From positions 1,020,001 through 1,052,000 of the forward strand of contig NC_006512.1 in the NCBI RefSeq assembly GCF_000008465.1: DNA of 32,000 nt, in the 5' to 3' direction. Made by a program: the position numbers and the translations under genes. Of the stretch, positions 1 through 9,747 are shown one piece after another. Each line of letters opens with the position of its first letter. Positions within the stretch are counted from its first letter, which is position 1. This DNA is from Idiomarina loihiensis L2TR. GTDB taxonomy: Bacteria; Pseudomonadota; Gammaproteobacteria; Enterobacterales; Alteromonadaceae. Below the pieces are notes generated by a model, which saw nothing but the letters and a program-made list of their open reading frames with translations, was not told where the DNA came from and searched no databases.

Positions 1-805
1 GCTCAGGTAAAGGAATGGGCTGTCCATGCAAAAAGTCGCGAGTTTGCGCTTGAGTCACTGTTACCTCTGGCAATTGTCCCAGTAGCAAATCAGCCGGATG
101 CAATAACGCATCGAGACCTTCATAGCCCTCTTCTGCTAACGTTTCCAGTTGTTCCAGGGTCACCATAGCCGCTTCAGCTATGTCGGCTACTGCATTACGA
201 TGTAGCATGGATACGTGAGCACCACAGCCTAGTAACTGACCCAGGTCATCAACTAAAGTACGAATATAAGTACCTTTGCTGCAACTCACTTGCAGGGTCA
301 CTTTATTGTCCTGAATATTCAGCAGTTCGATAGAGTGGACGGTGATTGTCCGCGTTTTTTTCGGTACTTCAATGCCTTGGCGCGCATAATAATATAATGG
401 ACGGCCTTCGTGCTTCAGTGCCGAATAAATAGAGGGAGACTGATCCTGTTCACCAATAAACTGCTTTATTGCATCGGCAACCTTAGCGGTATCAACTGCA
501 ACAGGCTTTTCCTCTACCACTTCACCTTCGGCGTCACTGGTGGTTGTTCTTACCCCCAGCGTAGCTTCAACCCGGTAGGCTTTATCGGCATCCAGCAGAT
601 ATTGCGAAAACTTCGTCGCCTCTCCCAGACAAACTGGCAGAATACCGGTTGCCAGAGGATCCAGCGCACCAGTATGACCCGCTTTTTGTGCATTATACAG
701 GCGCTTAACACGCTGCAGGGCATGGTTTGAACTCATGCCCTGCGGTTTATTCAATAATACTACGCCCGTGAGAGCACGGCCTTTGCGTAGACGAGCTTTA
801 GACAT
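1..805 (-). CDS. truB: tRNA pseudouridine-55 synthase TruB, N-terminal ~268 codons; 3' end lies beyond the window edge
   Basis: Manual translation from ATG at 805-803 gives [79 protein letters not shown]..., which carries the TruB catalytic-Asp motif HTGALDP. The frame is open to position 1. The position after rbfA is conserved. Confidence 0.95.
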   Translation of the reverse strand, partial: MSKARLRKGRALTGVVLLNKPQGMSSNHALQRVKRLYNAQKAGHTGALDPLATGILPVCLGEATKFSQYLLDADKAYRVEATLGVRTTTSDAEGEVVEEKPVAVDTAKVADAIKQFIGEQDQSPSIYSALKHEGRPLYYYARQGIEVPKKTRTITVHSIELLNIQDNKVTLQVSCSKGTYIRTLVDDLGQLLGCGAHVSMLHRNAVADIAEAAMVTLEQLETLAEEGYEGLDALLHPADLLLGQLPEVTVTQAQTRDFLHGQPIPLPE

Positions 806-1191
806 TAATCGTCTCCGCTGTTTTCGCTGCTTTTCTTATCTCGTTCACGAGCTTCTGCAACCAATTTGCCCATACGAATCCCTTCATTTAAAGAAGCGTC
901 GTGCTGAAACCTTAGTTGCGGAACAATGCGTGCTTTGATGCGCTTACCCAATAAAGATCGAATGAAGCCTGAGGCTTCATTCAATACTTTTAACGCCTGC
1001 TTAGTTTGCTCAGGGTCATCCTGGAAAAAGGTAACAAACACTTTGGCATAAGCTAAGTCACGAGAAACTTCCACGTCGGATACTGTGACCATGCTAACGC
1101 GAGGATCTTTTATCTCACGTTGCAGGATCATAGCGATTTCTCGTTGTAGCTGATGCCGTACCCTTTCGGTACGGCTAAACTCTTGAGCCAT
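805..1191 (-). CDS. rbfA: Ribosome-binding factor A
   Basis: 128-aa [34 protein letters not shown]... typical of RbfA. ATG start with upstream AGGA. The TAA stop shares one nt with the truB ATG (TAATG). Synteny infB-rbfA-truB. Confidence 0.95.
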   Translation of the reverse strand: MAQEFSRTERVRHQLQREIAMILQREIKDPRVSMVTVSDVEVSRDLAYAKVFVTFFQDDPEQTKQALKVLNEASGFIRSLLGKRIKARIVPQLRFQHDASLNEGIRMGKLVAEARERDKKSSENSGDD

Positions 1192-1209
1192 AAATTCCTG
1201 TGTCCTTGA

Positions 1210-3900
1210 TTACAGCGTACGTTCAATCTGAATGGTTTCGAAGACTTCAATTTGGTCGCCTTCTTTGACATCGTTGTAGTTCTTAACACCGATACCACAT
1301 TCCATGCCGTTACGAACTTCCTGAACGTCGTCTTTAAAGCGACGTAAAGATTCTAGTTCGCCTTCGTAGATAACAACGTTATCACGCAATACGCGAATTG
1401 GAGCAGAACGCTTCACCACACCTTCAGTTACCATACAACCAGCAATGGCACCAATCTTAGGTGATTTAAAGACATCACGAACTTCGGCTAAACCAATAAT
1501 CTGCTGTTTAAACTCGGGCTGCAGCATACCGCTCATTGCCGCTTTAACTTCGTCAATTAAGTCGTAAATAACGCTGTAATAGCGTAAGTCGACACTTTCC
1601 TGTTCAACCAGTTTTCTGGCTGCAGCTTCAGCACGAACGTTAAAACCAACAACAATGGCATTTGAGGCACTGGCCAGAGAAATATCGGTTTCGGTGATAC
1701 CACCAACGCCGCTACCGATGATGTTCACTTTTACTTCATCAGTTGACAGTTTGGTTAAGGCATCAGAAATCGCTTCCAGTGACCCTTGTACGTCAGACTT
1801 AAGTACAATATTAAGCTCAGCAACATCACCTTCGGCCATGTCCGCAAACATGTTTTCCAGTTTCGCTTTCTGTTGCTTGGCTAATTTCACATCACGGTAT
1901 TTACCCTGACGATAGTTAGCTACTTCACGCGCTTTACGCTCGTCTCTGACAACCGTTGCTTCGTCGCCTGCCTGAGGAACACCGGACAGACCCAGTATTT
2001 CTACAGGAATAGATGGGCCCGCTTCTTTAATTTCTTTACCGGTTTCATCGCGCATCGCACGAATACGACCGTATTCAAGACCACAAAGTACAACATCGCC
2101 CTGCTTCAGCAGACCGCGCTGAACCAATACCGTTGCTACCGGGCCGCGGCCTCGATCCAGGCGTGATTCAACCACAATACCTGAGGCCATACCGGTTTTC
2201 TCTGCACGTAAATCCAATACTTCAGATTGCAGCAAAATAGCTTCTAACAGCTCATCAATGCCTTCACCGGTGTGCGCTGACAATGGAATAAACTGAACAT
2301 CGCCACCCCAGTCTTCAGGAATAACTTCCAACTGCGACAACTCGTTCTTCACACGGTCTGGGTCAGCGCCTTCTTTATCCATTTTGTTGATAGCAACAAC
2401 CAGAGGAACGCCAGCAGCTTTTGCGTGCTGAACCGCTTCTTTGGTTTGCGGCATAACACCATCATCCGCAGCGACTACCAGGATAACAACGTCTGTTGCG
2501 CCTGCACCACGTGCACGCATAGAAGTAAAGGCGGCGTGTCCCGGAGTATCCAGGAAAGTCACCATGCCATGACCCGTTTCAACGTGGTATGCACCGATGT
2601 GCTGAGTAATACCACCCGCTTCGCCTGATGCAACTTTGGCTTTACGAATGTAATCCAGCAACGATGTTTTACCATGGTCAACGTGACCCATAACAGTAAC
2701 GACTGGTGCACGAGGTGCCTCTTCTCCGCCTTCCTGGCGGTCAGAAAGCACTTCTTCTTCCAGCGCATTATCTTTCACCAACGCAGGTTTATGACCCAGC
2801 TCTTCAACCACTAAAGCGGCTGTGTCTTGATCAAGAATCTGGTTAATGGTGACCATCTCGCCCATTTTCATCATGGTCTTGATAAGGTCACTGGCTTTAA
2901 CCGCCATACGGTTAGCAAGTTCACCAACGGTAATGGTCTCACCAATTTTCACATCACGTTCAACTGGCTGAGCTGGTTTATTAAAGCCCTGTTGCAGCGA
3001 CGAGCCGCGACGAGCACCTTTACGACGCTTCTCGCGGCGTGGAGTATCATCGCTTTCTTCATCTTTACGACGACGCTTTTTACCGCGTTTGCGGCTTTTA
3101 CGTTCTTCGTCAAAATCTTGTGCGTCTTCAGCTTCTTGCGCAGTAGATGACGTTGTAAAATGCACGTCTTCTTTTTCTTGCTGTTTACGTTTCTGCTCTT
3201 CTTCTTCCCAGCGTTTTGCGTTTTCTTCCGCCAGTTTACGAGCTTCTTCCGCTTGCGCTTCCGCTTCTTTTTCCGCTTTTTTACGAGCTTCTTCTTCCTG
3301 TTGACGCTTCAGTTTTTCAGCATCGGCTTTCGCTTTGTCTGCCGCTTCACGCTCTTCAGGTGTCATGGCAGCACGTTTTTCAGCTTCTGCTTTTTGACGC
3401 TCTTTCTCTTTTTCTTTGCGCAGCTTTTCTTTTTCAGCTTTTTCTTTCTCAGCTTTTTCGCGTTCTGCTTTAGCCTTGGCTTCCGCTTCTTTACGCTGCT
3501 GTTCTTCTTCGCGCTGTTTTTCTTCTTCGCGAAGCTTCGCTTCTTCCGCTTCTTTCTCTTGCGCTAAGCGTTCTTGTTCTTCACGTTCCTGTTCTTCGCT
3601 TGCTGAACGTTTCACGTAAGTACGCTTTTTACGCACTTCTACCTGAACGGATTTAGAGTCTCTTCCGCCACCAACGCTTAACGTACTTTTTGTTTTGCGC
3701 TTTAAAGTCATTTTGCTGGGTTCAGAGCTGCCGCCACCGCCGTGCTGACGATTCAAGTGAGCCAGTAATTTCTGTTTCTCTTCTTCGTTAACAGAATCAC
3801 CCGCTTTCTTGGTCATGCCCGCTTCAGCGAACTGCTGAACCAGACGATCAACTGTTGTACCGACATCTGTGGCCAGCTTATCGAGCGTTACTTCTTCCAT
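1210..3900 (-). CDS. infB: Translation initiation factor IF-2
   Basis: 896-aa ORF with N-terminus [29 protein letters not shown], a long K/E/A/R-rich low-complexity linker, and G-domain motifs [17 protein letters not shown] and NKMD. Synteny nusA-infB. Confidence 0.98.
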   Translation of the reverse strand: MEEVTLDKLATDVGTTVDRLVQQFAEAGMTKKAGDSVNEEEKQKLLAHLNRQHGGGGSSEPSKMTLKRKTKSTLSVGGGRDSKSVQVEVRKKRTYVKRSASEEQEREEQERLAQEKEAEEAKLREEEKQREEEQQRKEAEAKAKAEREKAEKEKAEKEKLRKEKEKERQKAEAEKRAAMTPEEREAADKAKADAEKLKRQQEEEARKKAEKEAEAQAEEARKLAEENAKRWEEEEQKRKQQEKEDVHFTTSSTAQEAEDAQDFDEERKSRKRGKKRRRKDEESDDTPRREKRRKGARRGSSLQQGFNKPAQPVERDVKIGETITVGELANRMAVKASDLIKTMMKMGEMVTINQILDQDTAALVVEELGHKPALVKDNALEEEVLSDRQEGGEEAPRAPVVTVMGHVDHGKTSLLDYIRKAKVASGEAGGITQHIGAYHVETGHGMVTFLDTPGHAAFTSMRARGAGATDVVILVVAADDGVMPQTKEAVQHAKAAGVPLVVAINKMDKEGADPDRVKNELSQLEVIPEDWGGDVQFIPLSAHTGEGIDELLEAILLQSEVLDLRAEKTGMASGIVVESRLDRGRGPVATVLVQRGLLKQGDVVLCGLEYGRIRAMRDETGKEIKEAGPSIPVEILGLSGVPQAGDEATVVRDERKAREVANYRQGKYRDVKLAKQQKAKLENMFADMAEGDVAELNIVLKSDVQGSLEAISDALTKLSTDEVKVNIIGSGVGGITETDISLASASNAIVVGFNVRAEAAARKLVEQESVDLRYYSVIYDLIDEVKAAMSGMLQPEFKQQIIGLAEVRDVFKSPKIGAIAGCMVTEGVVKRSAPIRVLRDNVVIYEGELESLRRFKDDVQEVRNGMECGIGVKNYNDVKEGDQIEVFETIQIERTL

Positions 3901-3926
3901 AGTCTGTTGTACCTCCGCTGATCGTT

Positions 3927-5426
3927 CTACTGTTCTTCATTGAACCAGCAAATATTGCGAGCTTTCATAATTAAATCGCCAGCCTGCTGTTCATTTAATT
4001 CTTCAATATCGGCTAAGTCGTCAACACCCTGTTCCGCTAACTCTTCCAGAGTTGTCACGCCTTTGCTGGCTAATACATAAGCCAGGTGACGCTCCATTCC
4101 TTCAAGGTTCAACAGTGTGTCATCTGGTTCAGCCGATTCCAGAGATTCTTCGGTAGCCAGAGCTTTCGTGGTTAAATAAGCACGTGCTCTGCTACGCAAT
4201 TCTTCTACGATATCTTCGTCCATCCCTTCAATATCAAGGAATTCTGCAACCGGGACATAAGCCACTTCTTCAAGTGAAGAGAAGCCTTCATCAACCAGTA
4301 CATTGGCAAAATCTTCATCGATATCTAAAGTCGATACGAACAAGTTCAATAGACGCTGAGTTTCAGCTTCATTTTTTTCGTTGAACTCGTCTTCGGTCAT
4401 AACATTCAGTGTCCAGCCGGTTAGCTGACTGGCCAGGCGAACGTTCTGTCCACCTTTACCAATAGCTTGAGCCAGGTTATCTGCCGCAACCGCAATATCC
4501 ATAGTATGTGCATCTTCATCCACAACTATAGACGCTACTTCAGCAGGCGCCATCGCGTTAATGACGTACTGTGCCGGGTTATCATCCCAAAGCACAATGT
4601 CTACGCGCTCGCCACCAAGCTCACCGGATACCGCCTGAACTCGTGCACCGCGCATACCAACGCAAGCCCCAACAGGGTCTATACGCTTATCGTTACTCTT
4701 AACCGCAATTTTAGCACGCGAACCCGGGTCTCGGGCAGCACCGCGTAGCTCAATCATCTCTTCGCCTATTTCAGGCACCTCGATACGGAACAATTCCAAC
4801 AAGAAGTTAGGATTGGTTCTGCTTACAAATAATTGTGCACCACGAGCTTCTGGACGAACGTCATAGAGCAAACCGCGAATGCGATCACCTGGACGCACAG
4901 ATTCACGCGGTAACATTTCGTCACGATAAATAATCGCTTCCGCGTTATTACCTAAATCCAGAATAACGTGCTCCCGATTCGCACGCTTAACAATACCGCT
5001 GACCATTTCACCCACTTGCTCACGGTATTCATCAACAACCTGAGCTCGTTCGGCTTCACGTACTTTTTGTACGATAACTTGTTTTGCAGTCTGGGTCGTA
5101 ATACGGTCGAACTGTATCGAATCGATTTGCTCTTCTACGTAGTCACCGGCCTGTACCGATGGATCTTCGTATTGCGCTGCCGACAAGCTTATTTCACGGT
5201 AAGGATGTTCTAATCCAGAATCCGTGTCTTCAACGACTAACCAACGACGGAATGTATCAAATTCGCCAGTGGTACGATCGATATCAATACGAACTTCAAT
5301 ATCGCCGTCGTACTTCTTTTTGGTCGCATGAGCCAATGCTGACTCTAACGCTTCAAATATTTTTTCGCGTGGTACTGCTTTTTCGTTTGAAACCGCTTCT
5401 GCGACTAACAGTATTTCTTTACTCAT
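3927..5426 (-). CDS. nusA: Transcription termination/antitermination factor NusA
   Basis: 499-aa [35 protein letters not shown]... with S1/KH-like core and acidic C-terminal repeats. Synteny rimP-nusA-infB. Confidence 0.98.
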   Translation of the reverse strand: MSKEILLVAEAVSNEKAVPREKIFEALESALAHATKKKYDGDIEVRIDIDRTTGEFDTFRRWLVVEDTDSGLEHPYREISLSAAQYEDPSVQAGDYVEEQIDSIQFDRITTQTAKQVIVQKVREAERAQVVDEYREQVGEMVSGIVKRANREHVILDLGNNAEAIIYRDEMLPRESVRPGDRIRGLLYDVRPEARGAQLFVSRTNPNFLLELFRIEVPEIGEEMIELRGAARDPGSRAKIAVKSNDKRIDPVGACVGMRGARVQAVSGELGGERVDIVLWDDNPAQYVINAMAPAEVASIVVDEDAHTMDIAVAADNLAQAIGKGGQNVRLASQLTGWTLNVMTEDEFNEKNEAETQRLLNLFVSTLDIDEDFANVLVDEGFSSLEEVAYVPVAEFLDIEGMDEDIVEELRSRARAYLTTKALATEESLESAEPDDTLLNLEGMERHLAYVLASKGVTTLEELAEQGVDDLADIEELNEQQAGDLIMKARNICWFNEEQ

Positions 5427-5452
5427 GAGTGCTGCCTCGCCAACGCAATCTT

Positions 5453-5911
5453 TTAATCAAATGCCGGAACCAGGTGAGCGTTTTTCACATCACGCATATT
5501 CACCTGAAGAGTATCGTTATCAACGGCAAGGGTCAGTTCTTCACCCTCAACCGCAATCAATTCTGCCTTAAATTTTCTTTTGTTTTTTTGCGCCGCTACT
5601 AACTCAAAAGCAACGGTTTCATTTATATAAGGCTGCATTTGTTGGGCATTAAAAAACGGTCTTTCCATTCCCGGAGAGGACACTTCCAGGTTGTATTCAA
5701 CATTAATAGGGTCTTCAACATCCAGTAGTGAACTGACCTGATAACTCACGTCTGCACAGTTATCCACGCTGATACCTTCCGGATGATCGATATATACCCG
5801 TAATGTTGAAAACTTACCGGCGCGAATAAACTCTACGCCCCACAATTCAAACTCCAGCGCTTCTACCGCTGGGCGAATTATATCGGTTAACCGTTCTTGC
5901 AAATTTGCCAA
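5453..5911 (-). CDS. rimP: Ribosome maturation factor RimP
   Basis: 152-aa ORF typical of RimP/YhbC. The start is TTG (5911-5909), directly preceded by an in-frame TAA, with GGAGG 6 nt upstream. Confidence 0.93.
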   Translation of the reverse strand: MANLQERLTDIIRPAVEALEFELWGVEFIRAGKFSTLRVYIDHPEGISVDNCADVSYQVSSLLDVEDPINVEYNLEVSSPGMERPFFNAQQMQPYINETVAFELVAAQKNKRKFKAELIAVEGEELTLAVDNDTLQVNMRDVKNAHLVPAFD

Positions 5912-5928
5912 TTACTGCCTCCTGAAAC

Positions 5929-5949
5929 AAAAAAAGGGCGCAAGCGCCC
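5929..5949 (-). terminator. Intrinsic terminator/attenuator proximal to rimP in the metY-rimP leader
   Basis: Minus strand reads GGGCG-CTTG-CGCCC followed by TTTTTTT. It lies about 10 nt upstream of the rimP SD. Confidence 0.8.
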
Positions 5950-5987
5950 AGTGTTCTGGCTATCCTAAGATAGCTAAGGCCGCATAG

Positions 5988-6014
5988 CAAAAAGCCCCGA
6001 GCTGCTGCGGGGCT
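5988..6014 (-). terminator. Intrinsic terminator distal to rimP, just downstream of metY
   Basis: Minus strand reads AGCCCCG-(8-nt loop)-CGGGGCT followed by TTTTT. Confidence 0.75.
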
Positions 6015-6087
6015 TTCTGAACACTGGACCCTTTGTCAGTTATTTTAGCAAAAGCGACGCCTTAATGCGAAACGCTGCTACTAAAAT

Positions 6088-6164
<77 letters not shown>

Positions 6165-6181
6165 TCCGAAACTTGTTGCAC

Positions 6182-6209
6182 ATTATACGTATTTTTCGTT
6201 TATTTTCAA
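6182..6209 (-). promoter_or_regulatory. Sigma70 promoter for metY(-rimP-nusA-infB)
   Basis: Minus strand reads TTGAAA (6209-6204), a 16-nt spacer, then TATAAT (6187-6182). The -10 ends 17 nt before the mature tRNA 5' end. Confidence 0.7.
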
Positions 6210-6239
6210 CCTCTGAGGCAACAATCAGAGAGCTAATTT

Positions 6240-6326
6240 TGGTGCAGAAGGCGGGACTTGAACCCGCACGCCCGTAAGAGCACTACCCCCTCAAGGTAGC
6301 GTGTCTACCAATTCCACCACTTCTGC
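6240..6326 (-). tRNA. leuU: tRNA-Leu (anticodon GAG), long variable arm
   Basis: The 87-nt reverse complement is GCAGAAGTGGTGGAATTGGTAGACACGCTACCTTGAGGGGGTAGTGCTCTTACGGGCGTGCGGGTTCAAGTCCCGCCTTCTGCACCA. The anticodon loop is CTTGAGG. It begins 6 nt after the secG stop, matching the E. coli secG-leuU arrangement. Confidence 0.95.
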
Positions 6327-6332
6327 AAAATC

Positions 6333-6674
6333 TTAGTCAATTGGCGGCACTTCAGATTCAGACTCTGACTTATCATCCGCTGGAGGTAACTCTTGCTCTT
6401 CAGCCGGAACTGAAAGGTCTGAGAAGTCATTTGACGACTCATCAGTAGAGGTCGATAAGTTACCCAACACCAGGCTCAGAATGAAAAACACTACCGCTAA
6501 CCCGGCTGTTGCCCGGGTCAGGAAGTTACCTGAACCTGATGAACCAAAAACAGTGTTCGATGCGCCTGAGCCAAAAGATGCGCCCATGTCTGCGCCTTTG
6601 CCTTGTTGCAGCATAATAAAGCCAATTAAGACCAAAGCGACAACGAGAAATGCGATCATCAAAATTTCGTACAT
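6333..6674 (-). CDS. secG: Preprotein translocase subunit SecG
   Basis: MYEILMIAFLVVALVLIGFIMLQQGKGADMGASFGSGASNTVFGSSGSGNFLTR... has the SecG hallmark. I place the start at ATG 6674, just after the tpiA stop at 6679. The ORF-track start at 6710 would overlap tpiA. Confidence 0.92.
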   Translation of the reverse strand: MYEILMIAFLVVALVLIGFIMLQQGKGADMGASFGSGASNTVFGSSGSGNFLTRATAGLAVVFFILSLVLGNLSTSTDESSNDFSDLSVPAEEQELPPADDKSESESEVPPID

Positions 6675-6678
6675 AATT

Positions 6679-7437
6679 TTACCCTTGAGCAGCTTGGCAA
6701 ATAGCAACAAAATCTGATTCTTTCAGACTTGCGCCACCTATCAGGCCGCCATCAATGTCTTTTTGCGCAAATAATTCGGCAGCGTTGTCAGCTTTAACTG
6801 AGCCGCCGTACAATAACGGCATTTTCTCACCAATCGCGCCAAATTGCTCTACCAGTAACGCTCTTAATTTTGCATGAACGTCCTGTGCTTGTTCTGGTGA
6901 AGCCGTTTCTCCAGTACCAATTGCCCAAACAGGCTCATAGGCCAAAACAATTTTACCGGCTTGCTCCTTAGGAAGATCAGCTAAAGCCGCTTGCGCTTGC
7001 TGTGCTACAACTTCCCAGGTGTTTCCCTCATCGCGTTGTGCTTTATTCTCACCAACACAAATCACCGCTGTCATACCGGCATTAACCGTAGCCAAGGCTT
7101 TCTCATTCACCATTTTGTCGGTTTCTGCGAACAGCTGCCGACGTTCTGAATGTCCCACTAACACATAGCTAACACCAAACTCTTGTAGCTGTGCGGTTGA
7201 GATTTCGCCGGTAAAGGCACCACCAGTGTGTTCAGATACATTCTGAGCACCAATGGCAATGTCATCGTAATAACATTGATTAGCCAGCTCGCCAATAAGG
7301 GTGAACGGAGGACAAATGACTAACTTAACTTGCTGAAGCTGATTAAGTTTTTCCCGCAAAGCCGCCGACATTGTTTTCGTTAGCTCGCGATTTCCGTTCA
7401 TTTTCCAATTTGCAATCACTAGTGATGCATTAGGCAT
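6679..7437 (-). CDS. tpiA: Triosephosphate isomerase
   Basis: 252-aa ORF with NWKMNG, VGHSERR and AYEPVWAIGTG motifs. GAGGA SD upstream. Confidence 0.97.
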   Translation of the reverse strand: MPNASLVIANWKMNGNRELTKTMSAALREKLNQLQQVKLVICPPFTLIGELANQCYYDDIAIGAQNVSEHTGGAFTGEISTAQLQEFGVSYVLVGHSERRQLFAETDKMVNEKALATVNAGMTAVICVGENKAQRDEGNTWEVVAQQAQAALADLPKEQAGKIVLAYEPVWAIGTGETASPEQAQDVHAKLRALLVEQFGAIGEKMPLLYGGSVKADNAAELFAQKDIDGGLIGGASLKESDFVAICQAAQG

Positions 7438-7524
7438 AGTTTGTCCTCTACTCCAGAGCGCGGGAATAGTAGCGAAACACTCGCCAACTTACAAGCGAGA
7501 TTTTCACCACTATCCGCTAACTGT

Positions 7525-8865
7525 TTAATTTGTAGCCGCTTCGACCTCGTTAGCAATTTGCTGAGCAAAGGCTTTTACCTTAGCTTCGTTCTCACCCTCG
7601 ACCATTACGCGAATTAAAGGTTCAGTGCCAGACTTACGTAATAAGACCCGACCAGTGCCTGCTAAAGCGCTCTCAACTTCACGAACAACGCTTTTCACAT
7701 TTTCTGATTCCAGCGGCTGTTTATCGCTCTCAAAGCGGACATTAATAAGTACTTGCGGCAGCTTATGAAAGTCGCAGCTCAGTTTCTCCAGAGACTTTTG
7801 TTCCTGATACATAGCTGCCAACACCTGCAGGCCAGCTATAATGCCGTCCCCAGTAGTGTGATGCTGACGGTTTATAACATGGCCGGAGTTCTCTCCCCCC
7901 AGATACCAGTCACGCTTAACCAGTTCCTCAATAACATAGCGGTCGCCGACTTTCGCCCGAACGAATGGAATACGCCGTTTATCCAGCTCCTTCTCCAAAG
8001 CAAAGTTGGTCATCAAAGTACCAACAACCCCGCCCTGAAGCTGTCCCTGATTCTGCGCAGTAACAGCGAGCATATAAAGAATTTCGTCGCCATCAATGGG
8101 GCGTCCGTTTTCAGTCACCATCATGATACGATCGCCATCACCGTCAAGCGCTATGCCAAGGTCGGCTTTGGTTTCCAGCACTTTATTCTGCAATGCCGTT
8201 AAGTGCGTTGCACCACACTCTTTATTAATATTCAGTCCATTGGGCTGCGTGCCTATTTCGGTCACTTCAGCACCAAGTTCCCGAAGCACATTAGGCGCAA
8301 TGTGGTAAGTAGCGCCATGGGCGCAGTCAACCACGATGTGAAGCCCTTCCAGCGTCATTTCGTTGGGGAATACGCTTTTACAAAACTCAATATAACGTCC
8401 TGCGGCATCATTAATGCGTTTTGCCCGCCCTAACTCTTCGGAAATAACGCAGTCCATAGGCTCGTCTAACAAACGTTCAATTTCCAGCTCAACCGCGTCA
8501 GGAAGCTTGTGTCCGTTATCAGCAAAAAACTTAATACCATTATCATAATATGGGTTATGAGAGGCGCTAATCACGATTCCGGCAGCAGCTCTGAACGTGC
8601 GTGTAAGATAAGCAATTCCGGGAGTGGGCATAGGACCTAAGAAGTCCACGCCAACACCAGCAGCGGCTAAACCAGCCTCCAGTGCTGACTCAAGCATATA
8701 ACCAGAAACCCGGGTGTCTTTGCCCACTAATACGCGACTGGTACCCTTAGCGGCTAGTACACGCCCAGCGGCCCAGCCAAGCTTTACGGCAAATTCAGGG
8801 GTTATCGGGAATTGCCCGACACGTCCGCGCACGCCATCAGTGCCGAAATATTTACGCTCACTCAA
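7525..8865 (-). CDS. glmM: Phosphoglucosamine mutase
   Basis: 446-aa ORF (M)[16 protein letters not shown]... with the SASHNP phosphoserine motif. The start is TTG (8865-8863), preceded by GAAGGAGA at 7-nt spacing, and overlaps the folP TGA (TTGA). Confidence 0.96.
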   Translation of the reverse strand: MSERKYFGTDGVRGRVGQFPITPEFAVKLGWAAGRVLAAKGTSRVLVGKDTRVSGYMLESALEAGLAAAGVGVDFLGPMPTPGIAYLTRTFRAAAGIVISASHNPYYDNGIKFFADNGHKLPDAVELEIERLLDEPMDCVISEELGRAKRINDAAGRYIEFCKSVFPNEMTLEGLHIVVDCAHGATYHIAPNVLRELGAEVTEIGTQPNGLNINKECGATHLTALQNKVLETKADLGIALDGDGDRIMMVTENGRPIDGDEILYMLAVTAQNQGQLQGGVVGTLMTNFALEKELDKRRIPFVRAKVGDRYVIEELVKRDWYLGGENSGHVINRQHHTTGDGIIAGLQVLAAMYQEQKSLEKLSCDFHKLPQVLINVRFESDKQPLESENVKSVVREVESALAGTGRVLLRKSGTEPLIRVMVEGENEAKVKAFAQQIANEVEAATN

Positions 8866-9677
8866 AGGTGTTCTCCTTCTATAGTTGCTGCAACCACTTT
8901 CATCGCATCAACTGTCTCCTTAACATCATGAACGCGAATTATACGTGCTCCTTTCATTGCTGCAATGGTTGCAGCCGCTAAACTGCCTGCTAAGCGATCT
9001 TTTACTTCACGTCCAGTAACATGACCTATCATGCTTTTTCGCGACATTCCCACCAATAACGGCAACTGTAATTCGTGAAACGCCTGCAAACGTTGCAATA
9101 ACTGGTAGTTATGTCGCTGCGACTTGCCAAAACCAAAACCAGGATCCAACCAAATCCTCTCGCGTTCGATACCCGCTTTTTCACACGCTATAACACGCTC
9201 TTGCAAAAAAGTCTTAACGTCGCAAACAACATCATCATAATTAGGGTTGTGCTGCATACTTCGTGGCTCACCCTGCATGTGCATCAGACACACTTCTGCG
9301 TTTGTCGCTGCCAGCGCTTCCAGAGCACCTTTCTCACGCAAGGCATTCACATCATTAATTATATTGGCGCCAACTTCTATCGACTCTGTCATGACTTGGG
9401 GTTTGGTTGTGTCCACCGAAATAGCAACATCAAAACGGTCTCTTACCGCCTTTACCAAAGGAACAACTCTGTCCAACTCTTCCTGTTCAGCAACCGAATA
9501 AGCACCAGGGCGGGTTGACTCCCCACCAATGTCCACAATGTCAGCGCCGTCTTTGATCAGCTGTGCAACGTGGTCTATTGCATCATTTAGGTGGTTGTAC
9601 TCCCCCCCGTCTGAAAATGAGTCCGGAGTGACATTAACAATTCCCATAACTCGCAACGGCTTTGGATTTTTCGGCAT
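8862..9677 (-). CDS. folP: Dihydropteroate synthase
   Basis: 271-aa ORF with [14 protein letters not shown] and [10 protein letters not shown] motifs. Synteny ftsH-folP-glmM. Confidence 0.96.
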   Translation of the reverse strand: MPKNPKPLRVMGIVNVTPDSFSDGGEYNHLNDAIDHVAQLIKDGADIVDIGGESTRPGAYSVAEQEELDRVVPLVKAVRDRFDVAISVDTTKPQVMTESIEVGANIINDVNALREKGALEALAATNAEVCLMHMQGEPRSMQHNPNYDDVVCDVKTFLQERVIACEKAGIERERIWLDPGFGFGKSQRHNYQLLQRLQAFHELQLPLLVGMSRKSMIGHVTGREVKDRLAGSLAAATIAAMKGARIIRVHDVKETVDAMKVVAATIEGEHL

Positions 9678-9705
9678 GGCTTAGCTCCGCTAATAACTGT
9701 GTCCT

Positions 9706-9735
9706 ACAAAAAAGCCACCTCGCGGTGGCTTTTTA
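9706..9735 (-). terminator. Intrinsic terminator after ftsH
   Basis: Minus strand reads AGCCACC-GCGA-GGTGGCT followed by TTTTTT. There is an A/T run on both sides, so it looks bidirectional. It lies 13 nt after the ftsH stop. Confidence 0.85.
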
Positions 9736-9747
9736 AAAGAATCAACG

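Noticed and set aside
2827-3619. Stack of plus-strand ORFs (2827-3150, 3089-3304, 3160-3567, 3216-3473, 3416-3619) encoding F/L/S/C-rich peptides
   Set aside because: They lie antisense to the low-complexity K/E-rich linker of infB. Their composition simply mirrors GAA/AAG codons. They have no SD or start context and are artefacts of the repeat.
6675-6710. 12-codon N-terminal extension of secG (MLLFAKLLKGKI)
   Set aside because: It would overlap the 3' end of tpiA. SecG homology begins at MYEILMIAF, encoded from ATG 6674.
7480-7499. CTCGC-(10 nt)-GCGAG hairpin after glmM as a terminator
   Set aside because: It has a 5-bp stem, a large loop and a poor U-tract (TGTTTCG). The evidence is insufficient.
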